The notes under the pieces are model-generated. The model did not search any database. It was not told where the DNA came from and was given only the letters and a program-made list of their open reading frames with translations. Positions 13,031 to 28,229 of a stretch of DNA of 64,000 nucleotides are shown here, one piece after another. The DNA comes from Camelus ferus (lineage: Eukaryota). Location: contig NC_045697.1 in assembly GCF_009834535.1 (NCBI RefSeq), positions 42,782,001-42,846,000 on the forward strand. Direction: 5' to 3'. Positions within the stretch are counted from its first letter, which is position 1. Every line of letters starts with the position of its first letter. A program made the translations under genes and the position numbers.

Positions 13031-14011
13031 TACTTGCTATTGTTACTTTACACCAGAAAAAAAAATCAAAGAAAATCTTGTTATGAATGATACATAGGAA
13101 TACTGCATCATTCTTACATAACCTCAGTATGAAAAAAATTCAGATCTGAGATAGACCAGGTTAGATTTTAAAGCAAAGGTACATCTGTGAACTAGGTCAT
13201 GAAAACAACTGGGACCGAGAACTATTAAAATAATAATCAGGCTTTTAATAATAGCAAAAATTTATTCTATTGGTTAAAAATATGAAAACTTTAAACTAAT
13301 TTATTCTATTATGGTTATCTTCTAGGAAATTAAAAATCAGAAAAGCTCTTATTATATTTATTATCCATGACTAATTCAAACTCCAAATTAGTAATCCAGA
13401 ATTTTTTTGTTCTGTTTGATAACATAGAACAGTTATTAAACAGAAAAGAAATCAACAGGATATCACACACAGTAATGTCAAAAACGGATTCATTACATTT
13501 TGCAGCAGCTGAAACAGGCGTCTGTGTGTCTCTTGGGGGTACAAAATGGTAAAGGGTTGTGAAGTTTTGGACAATGATTTAAACCTCAGCTAAAAGAAAA
13601 AATTATCTATTTCCATCTGGCATCTGAAAAACAGGGAACAGAGAATATAGAATGTTCTTTATTAGATATTCCAGTACCATTAAAAGGCAATCTGATGTGG
13701 TAAATGGATCACTGCCTTCAGAAACTTGCCAGACTGGGGCAGGAATGCCAGGTCCACATCTTACTAGCTATGTAACCTTCTCTAGTTAACCCATAGACTT
13801 GGTTTTCTCATACTTAACATTTTAAGGATTAATGAAAGGATGTACATCAAGCATCTAATAGCATGCCTCATTTATGATGAAAAAGCATAAAGCCTTCTCT
13901 CTCATAGCTCTAAAACTTAAAAAAGGTGAAAGTTATTATACTGAACATGGTCCAGGGTAACTTCTCAGCTTATCTTGTACACCCATTATATTCACCTTCA
14001 ACCAATCATAC

Positions 14012-14139
14012 CTTGAAGACAAACCAGACAGAGCTCTCTTGAGGATCTCAGGGGTTCTATCTGAGGATGGTGGAATTTCTGGAATATCAGAATCTGTTCT
14101 GGAATCCAAATCTCCATATCTGTCATCAATATCTGTTTC
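14012..14139 (-). CDS. CDS1: CDS1 coding exon 2 (128 nt): ETDIDDRYGDLDSRTDSDIPEIPPSSDRTPEILKRALSGLSS(R)
   Basis: Acceptor ttttag, donor gtatga; translation matches the CDS1 N-terminal acidic region. Confidence 0.97.
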
Positions 14140-14639
14140 CTAAAATTAAAGGAAAAATAAAATCACTTTGCAAAATAAAAGGAAGAAAAGCACATGCTTG
14201 TCAATGCATTTATTTATTGCTCAGTGTGTAAACTCTCAGTTACATAACTTAAAACAAAGAAATAACTATTAATTTATCTTGAATATTCAAGCATGGTTGT
14301 ATATCCTAGTTAGAAGAGTTTGATTACCTTTGCTAAAATCTATCAATATAAAGGATTAATTTAAACAAAAGACACAAAAGAAGAATGCCTATATTATCTA
14401 AATCAGAAATTTACCACAGAATCAAATGTGTTTTGTTTTGCAACTTAACAGAGAACATGATGTTAACTTCATGTAGATTCTGATCAACTGCACACAGTCC
14501 CTTTTTTGTATTATTTGATTACAATTAAAGCATCAACAACAGGAGTAATATATTACACTGGCATAGCATTTCTCTGTGTATGTGTATACATATATTCAGC
14601 ATTTAAACTTCCATCATTTTTATTAGATCCTCAAGAGAG

Positions 14640-17600
14640 AAGCTCAGCCAAGATGGAGGAGTAGAAAGACCCTGAGATCATCTCCTTTCGTGGGCACACC
14701 AAAATTACACCTATTTACAGGACGACTCTTAATGAGGAAGAGAGGCATCTACTAGAAAAGATTGTCTACAACTAAAGATACAAAGAAGAAACCACAAGAA
14801 GATGGGGGAGGGACAGAGTTGTGCTACAGTCGAGACCTATACCTCCTGGTGGGTAACCCACAAACAGGAGAATAATTACAATCATAGAGGTTCTCTCCTA
14901 GGAATGAGGGGTCTGAGCTTCATATCAGGAAACCAGCCCGGGGAGCACTAAATGGGGAAAATGAGCCTCTAGAATGTTTGACTTTGAAGGCCAGCAGGGT
15001 TTACTTTTGGGAGACCCAGAGGGCTGTGGGAAATAGAGACTCCACTCTTAAAGGGCGCACAGAAAAATCTCACAAACTCTGGGACTCAGGACAGAAGCAG
15101 TAATTTGATAGGAGCCTGGGTCAGATCTTCCTGCTAATGTTGGCAGGTCTCCAGCAGAGGCAGGAGTCAACTGGACCTCACCCCGGGGTCATGGACATTG
15201 ACAGCACCCATGCTGGGGAGCTTGTTCCACCACACAGACACTGATGTGGCAAGCACCGACCTGGAATTCTCCCTCTGGCTTAGTCTTGGGACACTACCCC
15301 ACTTCCCACCCACCAGCAGGTAGGCTGCCTAAGAACCCCTGAGCCAACAGCTACCCCTGGACATGGCCCTTTCCACCAGAGGGCCAAGGACCCAGCCCCA
15401 GACACCAATGCCTCGGCATTGGACTTGGAATCCACGGGCCCTGCAGCCAGAGACCCTGAGACCCAGCTCCACCCATCAGTGGGCAGGCACTAGCCCCAGA
15501 ACCAAGAACCCCAAGGGCTTAGGCCATGCCCACCAGCAAATTAGGCAAAATGAGGCAATAGAGAACAGCTTTCAAACAAAGGAACAAGATAAAACCCCAG
15601 AAGAACTAAGTGAAGCGGAGATAGGCAATCTATGCAAGAAAGAGTTCAGGATAATGATCATGAAGATGATCAAAGAACTCTGGAGAAGCAAGGATGAACA
15701 GAATGAGAAGTTAGAAGTTTCTAACAAAGAGTTGGAAAATGTAAAGAACCACCAAACAAAGATGAAGAATACAATAACTGAAATGAAAAAAGCACTAGAA
15801 GATTCAGTGATACAGAGGAATGGACCAGTGAATTGGAAGACAAAATGGTGGGAATCACTGAAGTGAACAGAAAAAAGAAAAAAAAAAAAAAAAAAAGAAG
15901 TGAGGACAGTTTAAAAGAGCTTCACTTCAACATCTAGTGTACTAACATTGGAATTATAGGGGTCCCAGAAGGAGAAGAAATAAAGAAAGTGGCAGAGAAT
16001 ATATTGGAAGACACAAGAGCTGAAAACTTCCCTAACCTAGGAAAGGAAACAGGTATCCAGGTCCAGAAAGCACAGAGTCCCAAACAGGATCAACCCAAAG
16101 AGGACCACACCAAGATACATTATAATTTAAGTGACAAAAATTAAAGATAGAGAATATTAAAAAGCAGCAAGGGAAAAGCAACAGTGAGTTTTGTACAAGG
16201 AAACTCCCACAAGGCTACCAGCTGATTTCTCAGCAGAAACTCTTCAGGACAGAAGGTAGTATGATATATTTAAAATGACGAAAGGGGAAAACCTACAACC
16301 AAGAATATTCTATCGGGAAAGGCTTTCATTTAGATTTAATGGAGAGGCCAAAAGTTTCACAGACAAGAAAACGCTAGCAAGAGTTCAGCACCACCAAACC
16401 AGCTATGCAACAGATGTTAAAGGGACTTCTCTAAGGGAAAAAGGAAAGGCCACAACCAGAAACATGAAAACCATGAGAGGAAAGAGCTCACTGGTAAAGG
16501 CAAATATACAGTAGAGGTAGTAAACAAACCACGTACAAAGCTAGTAGGAAGGTTAAAAGACAAAAGTAGTAGAATCATCTCTCTCTGCAATAAATAGTCA
16601 AGTGATACACAAAAGATGTAAAGCAGTAACTACGAGGGGAGGAAAGTACAAATGCAGGGTTGTTAAATTAAGGTTGTTGAAATTAAGAGATCAGCAACTT
16701 AAAACAATCACTTATATATATAGATAGCTGTGTATAAACTCATAGTAACCACAAACCAAAAATCTATACTAGATACACACAAAAAAGAGAAAGGAACCCA
16801 AACATAGCACTAAAGGGAGCCAGCAAGTCACAAGGGAAGGGAACAGAAGAAGAAAAAAGAGCAAAAAAGAATTACCAACACAACTCTGAAACAATGAACA
16901 AGATGGCTATGTGAACATGCATATCAATAAATACTTTAAATGTACATGGACTAAATGCTCCAATCAAAAGACACAGAGCAGCTGAATGAATAAAAAAACA
17001 AGACCTATAAATATGCAGCTCACAAGAGACTCACTTCAGATCTAGAGACACACACAGACTGAACGTGAGCAGATGGAAAAAGGTATTTCATGCAAACGCA
17101 AATGCAAAAAAAAAAAAAAAAGCTGGGATAATGATACTTATACCAGACAAAGTCGACTTTAAAATAAAGACGGCAATGAGGAACAAAGACATACGTTACA
17201 TAATGATCAACGATCCAATCCAAAAAGAAGATACAATTGCAAATATATATGAACTCAACATAGGAGCATCTAAATACAGAAAGCAAATATTCATAGACAA
17301 AGAAATCAACAGTAACACAATAATAGTAGGGGACCTTAACACTCCACAGACATCAGTGAACAGATCATCCAGACAGAAAATCAGTAAGGAAACACTAGCC
17401 TTAAATGACACATTAGGCTAAATACACTTAACAGATTTATTTAGAACATTCCACCCAAAAGCAGCAGAATACACACTCAAGTGCACAAAGAACATTCTCC
17501 AGGACAGATCACATGCTGCACACGCCAGGCCACAAAACAAGCCTTAGTAAATTTAAGAAAACTGAAACCATATCAAGTGATTTTTTCCGACCACAACACG

Positions 17601-20542
17601 AGACCAGAAATCAATTACAAGGAAAAAAAACTACAAAAAACACACAAACACATTGAGGGTAAGCAACATGCTACTGAGCAACCAACGGGTCACTGACGAG
17701 CCAAAGAAGAAATAAAGAGAAATATCTGGAGACAAATGAAAGTGAAAACACAGTGATCCAAAGCCCATGAAACACAGCAAAAGCAGCTCTAAGAGGAAGT
17801 TTGCAGCGATGCCAGCTTGTCTCAGGAACAAGAAAAATCTCAAATAAACAACCTACCCTCACACCTAAAGCAACTAGAGAAAGGAGAATGAACAAAACCC
17901 AAAGTTAATAGACGACAAGACATCATAAGGATGAGAGCAGAAATAAATGTAAGAGAGACTTAAAAAAACAATAGAAAAGATCACTGAAACTAAGAAGTGG
18001 TTCTTTGAAAAGATAAACAAAATTGATAAGCCTTTAGCCAGAATCATAGGGAAAAAAGGGAAAGGGTCCAAGTCAATAAAATAATAAATGAGAAAGGAGA
18101 CATTACAACTGATAACACAGAAATACAAAGCATCACAAGAGATTATTATGGAGAGCTATATGCCAATAAAATGGACAACCTAGAAAAAATGGACAAATTC
18201 CTAGAAGTATACAATCTCCCAAGACTAAATCAGGAAGCAATACAAAATATGAATAGTCCAATTACCAGTAATGAAATGGAATCAGTAATTTAAAAAACTT
18301 ACAACAAACAGCCAGACTATATGGTTTCACAGGTGAATTCTACCCAACATTTAGAGAAGACTTAACACCTATTCTTCTCAAACTACTCCAAAAAATTGCA
18401 GAGGAGGAAATGCTTCCTAACTCATTCTATGAGGCCAACATCACACTGATAACAAAACCAGACAAAGATACCACAAAAAAAAAAAATTGCAGGCCAGTAT
18501 CACTGATGAACATGGATGCAGAAATCAACAAAACATTAGCAAGCCAAATCCAACAGTACATTAAAAGGATCATACACCATGATCAAGTAGGAATTATCTC
18601 AGGGATGGAAAGATTTTTTAATATCCACAAATTAATCAATGTAATACACCAAATTAACAAACAATAATAAAAATCATATGATTGTCTCAAAAGATGCAGA
18701 AAAAAGTTTTGACAAAATTCAATATCTATTTATGTTAAAAACTCTTCACAAAGTAGGTATAGAGGGAACATACCTCAACATAATAAAGGCCATAGATGGT
18801 AAGCCCACAGCTAACATCATCGTTAACAACTAAAAGTTGAGAGCATTGCCTCTAAGATAAGGAGCAAGACAAGGATGCCCACTCTTGCCACTTTTATTCA
18901 ACACAGTATTGGAAATCCAGTCACAGAAATCAGACGAGAAAAAGAAATAAAAGGAACCCAAATTGGGAAGAAGTAGTAAAACTGTCGCTGCTTGTAGATG
19001 ACATGATACTATACATAGAAAAGCCCGAGGGCACCACTAAAGGCTGCCAGAGCTCCTCAGTGACAGTAAGGTTACAGGACACAAAATTAGGACACAGAAA
19101 GCTGTGGCATTTCTACGCACCAACAACAAACTATCAGAAAGAGAAATTAAGGAAACTATTCCATTTATGCATTACATCAAAAAGAATAAAATACCTAGGA
19201 ATAAACTTACCTAAAGAGGGAAAAGACCTGTACTCAGGAAACGATAAGACACAGATGCAGCAAACTGAAGACAACACAGAGAGATGGAAAGATACACTGT
19301 GTTCATGGATTGGAAGAATTGGTATTGTTAATATGACCATAATACCCAGGACAATCTACAGATTCAGTGCAATCCCTATCAAAATGCCAACAGCATTTTC
19401 CACAGAACTAGGACAAATAATTTTAAAACTTTTATGGCAACACAAAAGATCCCAAATAGCTAAAACAATCTTGAGAAAGAAAAACAGAGCTGGAAGTATC
19501 ACGTTCCCTGACTTCAGACTACTACAAAGCTACAGTCATTGAAACAGCATGGTAGTGGCATAAAAACAGACACAAAGACCAATGGAACAGAATAGAGAGC
19601 CCAGAAATAAACCCACACACTTATGGTCAATTTATCTACAACAAAGAAGGCAAGAACATACAATGGAGAAAAGACACTCTTCAATAAGTGGTACCAGAAA
19701 ACAACAGCTACAGGAAAAAAAAAAATTGCAAAATTTTCTCAGATGATATACAGAAATAAATTCAAAATGGTTTAAAGACTTGAATGTAAGACTGGAAACC
19801 ATAAAACTCCTAGAAGAGAACACAGGCAGAACACTCTTTGACATAAATTATAGCAATATTTTTTTGGATCCATCTCCTAAAGCAAAGTAAGCAAAAGTAT
19901 AAATAAACAAATGAGTCCTAATTAAACTTAAAATCCTTTGCACAGCAAAGGAAACCATCAACAAAATAAAAAGACAACCTACTCAATGGGATAAAATATT
20001 TGCAAATGATATGACTGATAAAGGATTAATATCCAAAATATATAAACAGCTCATACAACTCAATATCAAAAAACCAAACCACCCGATTTTAAAAATGGGC
20101 AGAAGACCTGAATAGACTTTTTCCCCAAACAGACCATGCAGATGGCTAACAGGCACAAGAAAAGATGCTTGACATCACTCATCATCAAAGAAATGCAAAT
20201 CAAAATTACAATGATACATCATTTCACACTTGTCAGAATGGCTACTGTCAAAAAAACCACAAATGATGATGCTGACAAGGATGTGGAGAAAAGGGAACGC
20301 TGTACATTGTTGGTGTGAATGTAAACTGGTACAGCCACTGTGAAAACTATATGGAGATTCCTCAAAAATTTTAAAATAGAACTACCATATGATCCAGCAA
20401 TTCCAGTTCCGGGTATTTACCAGAAGAAAACAAAAATATTAATTCAAAAAGACATATGGACCTTTATGTTCACTGCAGGACTACTTACATAGCCTAAGTG
20501 TCCATCAATAGATGAATGGATAATGAAGATGTGGTATGTGTG

Positions 20543-20578
<36 letters not shown>

Positions 20579-20905
20579 CACACACAATAAAACACTACTC
20601 AGCCATAAAAAAAAGAATGAAATTCCGCCATTTACAAGAACATCAATGGACCTGGGAGGTATTATGCTTAGTGAAATAAGTCTGACAGAGAAAGACAAAT
20701 ACCGTAGGTTATCATTTATATGTGGAAATCTAAAAAAAAAAAAGAATATAACAAAAAAGAAACAAACTCAGAGATACAGAGAACAAACTAGTAGTTACCA
20801 GTGAGGAGAGGGAAGGGGAGATGTGCAAGGGAAGGGTAGGGGATTAAGAGGTACCAAATGCTATGTATAAAATAAGCTACAAGGCTACATTGTACAGAAA
20901 TAAAT
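14640..20905 (+). mobile_element. Near full-length, inactivated LINE-1 in CDS1 intron 1 (antisense to the gene)
   Basis: 5'UTR (ccaagatggaggagtag...); ORF1 remnants about 15545-16430 (KEFRIMIMKMIKEL; NLQPRIFYRERLSF); ORF2 EN/RT remnants ([42 protein letters not shown]); 3'UTR; many stops and frameshifts. Confidence 0.96.
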
Positions 20906-22073
20906 TTTTTTAAAGACGACAGTCCTAATGAAGCACATCAAATAGATACCACCATTGCTGTTTTACTTACAGGTAAACTACGATCAAAAGCATTTGCTCT
21001 GCTGGAATGACTGTATAAAGTTATTTGAAACCCAAACTGACTTCTCAGAGTGCATGGGCAGGAGCTGAGTGTGTATGCTGAGGCCTTTAGACCAAGGTGA
21101 TCACTGCAGACCCTCCAGGGACAGGGTGGCCAAGGAATCGTAAGAAAAGAGCTGCCTAATGCTTAGTTTTGAAGTTGTTCACTCTGCTGTAATGAACAAC
21201 CTCGACGCCTACTACGTCCCCCCCTCTCCTCCACCCAGCCCCACCAGCAACCTTCAGTAAACAGTGCTGCACAGACAAACACTCTGGGACGGAGGTTTAC
21301 AGAAGGGGACACTGGGCAGGGGGACTGAGCTGGGTCAGAGGAAAGAGAGTATTCACAGGAGGTGAACAAGCAGAAGGAACACGGAGCAGACTGTTGGGCC
21401 AGAGGTGATCCCAGCAATGAAGGTGTGTAGGAATTCAGGATGTTTAGCAATCTCAAACCAAACTCAGCCCCTATTAGCACCAAAGTTTGGGCAAATTTCA
21501 TCGCCTCTTTTAACTGTTTCTTTACACATAAAATGGAAGCACTGAATATAATGCCAAGGACCCGTGAAGTTAACAAAGTCTTAAACTATTTTTACGACTG
21601 AATCCAATTCCTCCCTAAGTGGCTTACCAAACAAAATGTTAGCCTTGGGGGAGCACTATCAGTTTTCATAAAGCAATAATTAGCTTTCATTTACTAACTA
21701 TAACCTTCTTATTAAAAAGCTATAAAATTAAATGTGTCATTGTACCAAAAATGACAAATGAAACAGACATATCACACCTTCCCACTGTGACATGGTTAGA
21801 TGGCCCCAGAGTGGCTTAAACAAAGAGAGATGTTGACTAATAAACCACCAGACAGGACGTCCCCTGGAAACATCAGGGGGCCTGCAGTGAGCCTGCTGTG
21901 CCAGCAGGTCTGTGACATCTAGAACAATGCAACACTTCACTTTTCTTGTCTTTGCTTGTTACTCGTTTTTTTTTAACCTTCAATAACCCAGATGGTGACT
22001 AATGGAAGTGGCTCAAGAAGGCACGTTACCAGGTTGTAGAACGAGCACCAGATTAGGAGTCAGGAGTTGCAAG

Positions 22074-22378
22074 TACAGTTGTCAGGCAGGGGAGGGGGAT
22101 TACCCTCAGATACCAAAATTGGAGAAGGCATAGTATTTGTACGTAACCTGTACACATCCTCCCTTTAAATTATACACTTTAAATCACCTATAGATTACTT
22201 ATAAAACCTAACACAATGTAAATACTTATAAGTACAATGTAAACAGTTGTGAGTATGCGGCAAACTCAAGTTTTGCTTTTTGGAACTTTCTGGAATTTTG
22301 TTTTTTCTTTTCAAATATTTTGATCCACAATTGGTTGAATCCATGGATTTGCAACCCCCAGATATGAGGGCTGACCTC
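22074..22378. mobile_element. MER2/Tigger-family DNA transposon remnant
   Basis: Ends tacagttgtc... and ...gatatgagggctgac; internal sequence matches the oppositely oriented copy at 46730-47048. Confidence 0.75.
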
Positions 22379-22979
22379 TAACTATCAGTATGACAAAAGG
22401 CAAATCACTTAACTTTAAAGAAACTCAGCCTTTGTTTTCCTTATAAAATAAAAGCACTGGGCTAGAATTCAAACTGTGCTCCTCAAAACACTCAAGCGTT
22501 CAGCAAGTCACCTCAAAGTCCACTGGCCAACAACGGTGATGTGCCACAGCCCTCCCCCCACCACACCTTCAAGAAAGCTGTCCAGCTTTTATTTGTATTA
22601 TTTAAGCTTCTGATTTCTATTTCATGTACCTTCGAGAAACACAAAATGAAAAACTTAAGATTCAACTCGATTATTACATTTTATTCTAATAACTAAATAA
22701 TAAAAGACAATTCCTAAGCAGTGGCATTTGGGAGCAAAGTCACTTCACTGCTAGGATTAGTAGCAGACACTCCTGTGTTTCTGTGTTTCCTGTATGCACC
22801 CTCTTACAAAGATGCCAGACCAGGTGTGATAAGGAAAACAAGAGTGACTGGTGATCACAGAAAAAAATGGGACTAATACTGTAGTAATAATTAGAGCCAG
22901 GAGGCATGTGCATGCTGAATGAAAGTACTTAAAGTGTTTTAGAAAACCAAATTAGGAGCTTCTTCTCAAGCCCAGGATT

Positions 22980-24030
22980 TAAAGACAATGATTCTCCACC
23001 TTCCACCTAAGCTCCTTGTTCTCCTAGCACCCACCAGGTGACCTCATGCACCCTCACAGCTTCCCTCTCCATCCCTCTGTACACTGATGACTCCCCATAA
23101 ACCTGCATCCCTAGCTCCCAGCATGCCATCTCCAGGTGGGTTTTCTACAAGAATCACCTGAAATTCAACATAAGCCACCTGACCTCTCTCTTTTCCACAC
23201 CCAACCTGCTGCCCCTTCTGGATTTCCTACTCAGATGAAGACAGCATCACCAAGCCTGTTAACTCAGGTCAGAAACCTGGCTGTCAACTTAACACCTGCA
23301 TCTTTAACCAAAGCACATTCAGTCAGGCAGCACCAGACCTGTCACTCACTTTTCCCCCATCTTCATCCTCACCCTCTCCTACTACCCTCGCTGAGCATCA
23401 CCCTCTCTCGTGTACCTTACATCCCTTGCCCTCTATCCTGCCCTCTCTAATTCATTTTCAACATAAGAAAGAACCTTTCTAAACCGCAAATCTGATCTTA
23501 ATACTCTCCAGTGTTACAACCACCAGGATAAAGCCAAACTACTTTAACACTGCTTTTACCGTTTTCATTATTGGGCCCTGTTCTTCCAGTCCCTCTTGAC
23601 GACCCTCCAATTTGCACACAGTGCCATTCTCTCTCTTTCATCTAGATGTTTGTTCTATGTTCAAAGTATTAACAGTGCATTGTCTCTCTCACCCACACCC
23701 CAGTTCCCATCCTCCTCTCCCCACTCCTCACATCTGGCTACTGCTCACTCTGACCTCACCTCCAGGTTCACTTCCTTTAGAAAGGTCTTCCCTGACTCCC
23801 TTCTCCTTGTTAGTTGCTCTCCAGCTGTATTTCCACAATTCTCCTAGTTTTTACCTGTTAGCCTAAATTAAAATGATTGGCTTGCTTGTCTGTATTTTCT
23901 AGTAGTACTTAAGCTTTGCAAGAAGATGAAATACCATTGGCCTCACTTTTGAATCCCAAGAGGCTGGCAGAAGACCTTGTACAGTGACTGGCATTTATTA
24001 GGCACTACATAAATATTGAATGAACTGAGT
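22980..24030 (+). mobile_element. L2 LINE 3' fragment
   Basis: Pyrimidine-rich L2 body ending acagtgactggcatttattaggcactacataaatattgaatgaa. Confidence 0.7.
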
Positions 24031-24479
24031 CTCTCAATTCATGCTAACGTTTAAGATTAAAATAGGAAATTCTCAACTGTTTTTGCTAGCTGAGTAATCT
24101 TGGCCAAGTTACCTTGCTTGGGACCTCAGTAGCACTTATGTAAAATGAAGGCTTCTGACTATGAAGGGCTACTTTTTTTCCAAATATAAAATAATAATAA
24201 AAATACTTCTGGTAACTGATGAATGGAAATTGAAAAATTAAGGTTTCTTTATTATCCTATAAATCAAATTCCTACAGTGAAATGTACTTAGAAAATAAAA
24301 GCAAAAGCACTTTACAAATACTGATACATTTATACCTCACATTAACTTAGAGGTAAGTAAGTAATCACTAATCACATCCATTTTGTAAGTGAAAAAATTT
24401 AGGCTCAGAAAGGTTAAGTGAAGTGCTCAAGTTTACACAGCTTTAGGCAATGTAGCTAGGATGCAGAAGGGAAACTGAA

Positions 24480-26015
24480 ATGATAATTCCCCCCCAAAAG
24501 TGACCTAGAGATTCAGTGAAATCCCAATAATCTCAACAGGCTCTGTGTGTGTGCGTGTGTGTGTGTGTGTGTGTAAATGTACAGACTGATTCCAAAATTT
24601 ATATGACAATGCAAAGGACCTAGAAGAGCCAAAACCACCTGGAAAAAGAAACAAAATTGAAAGACTTACACTATCTGTTATCAAAAGTTATTATAAAGTT
24701 GTAATCAAGATTGATACTGATGTAAAAGAAAAAATGATCAATGGAATAGAGAAGAAAGTCCAGAAATAAGTACACACACATATAGCCAACTGATTACAAC
24801 AAAGTTGAAAGGTAACTCAATACATGATGCTGGAACAATTAGATATCCATATGCAAAGAAAAGAAAGAAATTCACATCATTTACAAAAATTAATTCAAAA
24901 CAGATCACAGACATTTACATAAAACTATAAAAATTCCATAAAATCTTGGGGGCCTAGGATTAGATAAAGATTTCTTAAATATGACACAAAAGTATGATTC
25001 ATATAAGAAAAACCAAAACAGAACTACACGAAAATTAAAATTTTTCTGCTTTTCAAAAGATACTGTAAAAAGAGTGAGAAAATAGCTCTAGACTGGAAAA
25101 AGATATTTGTCAATCACATGTCAAATAAAGGTCTTGCATCCAGAATAAAGAACTCTCAAAATTCAATCAAGTCTATTAAAATACCTGGGCAAAATATTTG
25201 AACAGACATTTCATCAAAGGCAATATACAGATGGAAAATCAGCATATGAAGAAATGTTCAACATGATTAGTTACTAGGGAAGTGAATCAAACCACAAGGA
25301 GACACTGTGACACATGTACTATCATGGCCAAAATTTAAAAACTGAGCATATGCAGTCTCGGAGAAGATGTGTCGAAACCGGACCTCTCCCACACTGCTGG
25401 TGGACATGTAAAATGGTACAACCGCTTTGGAAAACAGTTTGGCAGTTGCTTAAAAACTTAAGTGTACATCTACCCTATGACCCAGTCATGCCATTCCTAG
25501 ATATCTGTCCAAAAGAAATGAAAGTATATACCCAAATGTTTGTGGCAGCTTTATCTGTAATAGCTCCAAACTGGAAACAACTCAAATGTCAAAAAGGACA
25601 AATTGGGCTACATGCATATGATGGAATACTACTCAGCAACAAAAATGATGATGTATGCAACAATATGGATGACTGTCAAAATAATTATGCCGAGTAAAAA
25701 TAAGGCAGACAAAATGTACATACAGTATGTATATCTACATACATATGCATATGTATATATGCATACATGTATTTACAGAATTCCATTTATAGAAAATTCT
25801 AGAAAATGCACACTTATGTCTAGTGCCACAAAGGAAATCAGTGGTTATCTTGGGGTAAAAAGGGAACGACAAAAGGGCAGGAGCAAACCTTTAGTGGTGA
25901 CGGGTGTGTTCATTATCTTTATTGTAGTGATGCATTCATGGGTGTATATATACGTCAAAGCTTACCAAACTGCACAGTGTGAGCAGGGCCAATTTAGCGT
26001 ATGTCACTTATAGCT
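24480..26015 (+). mobile_element. Old L1M-type LINE-1 3' fragment with internal (TG)n
   Basis: ORF2 C-terminal remnant (CWWTCKMVQPLWKTVWQLLKNL..LPYDP) and an L1M-type 3'UTR. Confidence 0.88.
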
Positions 26016-26564
26016 CATGGTGACTCCTAAAGAGTGCACAGGAGCCAGTGGTAGAGAAGGGACCGAGACTCTTCTCAATACTGGAGACTGAGAAGACAGG
26101 AAGAACAAGGTCAGGGGACTCCAGTCCATTCAAGATGATGGCTCCAAAAAAAATCCTCTAAAGAAGGTAAGCAGCAGTCTAGAATGCAACAAAGGATGAT
26201 GCATTAAATCAGTCACAATAATCAATCACAACTTCCACCCCTTTTACACCCGGTCCCCTAAAAAGTGAGTCAGACAACCAGGGTCAGCTTCTCCACAATG
26301 TGTCCCTTGAAGTTCACACTGATCCCTGTACCTAGTTCAGCACTAAAATTACAACGCAGCAAAAAGAAACGCTCAAGTGACACAGAGCTCTGTGCCTGAG
26401 AGGAGGAGGCCTTTTACAAATCTTGACACTAAACAGTTCTTACTTGAAAGAACATTAGGTTATACTCCTGATTTCAGCATTTTCTCTCCCTCCCTTCATT
26501 GTTTCCATATTTTAAAGATGTGAGAAAGAAACCACCCACCCTCGCCCTCACGTATCTTACTGCT

Positions 26565-26995
26565 GCCATGAAAATGACTTCAGAATCCGACTGTCTTCAT
26601 TACCATAACTTTACTATTCAGAGACTTGCTCTGGAGTTAATTGTTCACCACAAGAACTTCTGAAAGACGTCAATTCATCAACAGGAGGCACCAATAAACA
26701 AGTTTCCTCTTAAGACTCTTCAAACTCTTGCGTCAAAATCCTTGCCTGGCTATTGCCACCAGTCCCAAACTGTTACCTTGGGATCCTTACCCAATCCTAA
26801 TCAAGTCTCTGTTGAAGGATCTGCCTTAAATCAAACATTCAATTTTCAGTAAAATCCAATCTTGCCTTTCCCCCTCCGAGACACCGCCAAAGGTCTGTGC
26901 CAAGGTGGTGTTCTCCTTCACCGCAGAAAGCCATAACCTCCACTTTGTCTTATCACTTGGTTGGTTGGTGATTTCTGGGGAGCCAGCATTCAAAA
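26565..26995 (+). mobile_element. Old ERV1-class solo LTR
   Basis: cccaatcctaatcaag...ccctccgagacac...caaggtggtgttctcc...ctttgtcttatca...ggggagccagcattc resembles MER89/MER90-type LTR ends; family uncertain. Confidence 0.55.
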
Positions 26996-28229
26996 GCTAT
27001 TGCTAAATAAAATGAACACCCTGCAAATGGCAACATGGAAACTTATTTAGGTGATAATATTGACTAACAATTAATCAACAATTGGGGAGCACTAGCCTAA
27101 ATGGTGTTCTGGAAGTCTAGATCTAAATATTCATATTTTATTAATATATTTAGATGGAAAAAGTTGAGAAAATGTTTAGTATACCTGCTGGTGACACCAG
27201 GACAACTCACAAGGAAGAGTGCCAAAATGAAGAATTTATGGAAACACAACCTCCAAAATTAAAAATTTGTTTAAAAAATATTAGAGTATTGATGAAAGAA
27301 ACATGTCTTAAATGAGGAAGGACAAAAGTTAATTGGCTTCCAGATTGTTTCACCCTCAACTTAACAAACCAAAATCTGTATCAAAGAAGCAGCCCCACAT
27401 ACGAGCACATGGGGACCTCATCTGAGGGTACACTAGTCCTCCTGTGCTCCCCTTTCAAGCCACACATTTCAAGGGCACCCCCTTCTCTCCCACTCCTGGT
27501 GCAGTCAGTCAGGTCCCCACTTCACTTCCAACTGCTCAGTCTCTCTCAGTCCGTCCAGAGCTTCAATAACCCTCTTTGGGCTTCAGCCCAGTTCGCTGCC
27601 CACCCGAATTTGTGGTCAGCCAGTTCAGCCCTGGCCTCCTTGATTCACTCATTCCTTCAGCATCCTTCACCTGGCAGTCCCAGGCCAAAATCACTCCAGG
27701 TGCTTTCTTATTCTCAACTACTAAATGGGGGATATTCCTAACAAATACAGTTGTGGAGCAAATAAAGATGTAAGATAACTGTTTTCTCTAAATTACTCTA
27801 CAAGCCTCTATTATGACAATGACTGCTACTGAGTTAAGAACTATGCTAATTTGGTTCACAGCAAATTTGTGTTATTTTAGTTCAACTGAATCTTCACTGA
27901 GTTGGGTAATAGTTGCCTCTTGGTCCTTTTGCATCACGCTCCCTAAAACGACATCCCAAATGTATCCCAGTCAGAGCTGAGCTCTAGTTCCAGCTCTGCC
28001 ACTTGCTCCAGGTCATTTTGAGCTGAAAAACAGACACACTCCAGGGTAAGCTTACTTTTGTATGTATAAATTGGGTTGAACTAAACTGTTTCTAAAATCC
28101 CTCGAAGCTCTGCGGTTCTGAGATCTTACTTTACTGAGAAAACTGAAAGCATCCAACACTCTGATCTTCCCTCTTCTGCTTTTCAAAATGGTTCTGTAAC
28201 TACCCTCGATTCCTTCTTCCCTTTCCTTG

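Noticed and set aside
15363..20318. Active L1 ORF1/ORF2
   Set aside because: Broken into many short frames by stops and frameshifts.
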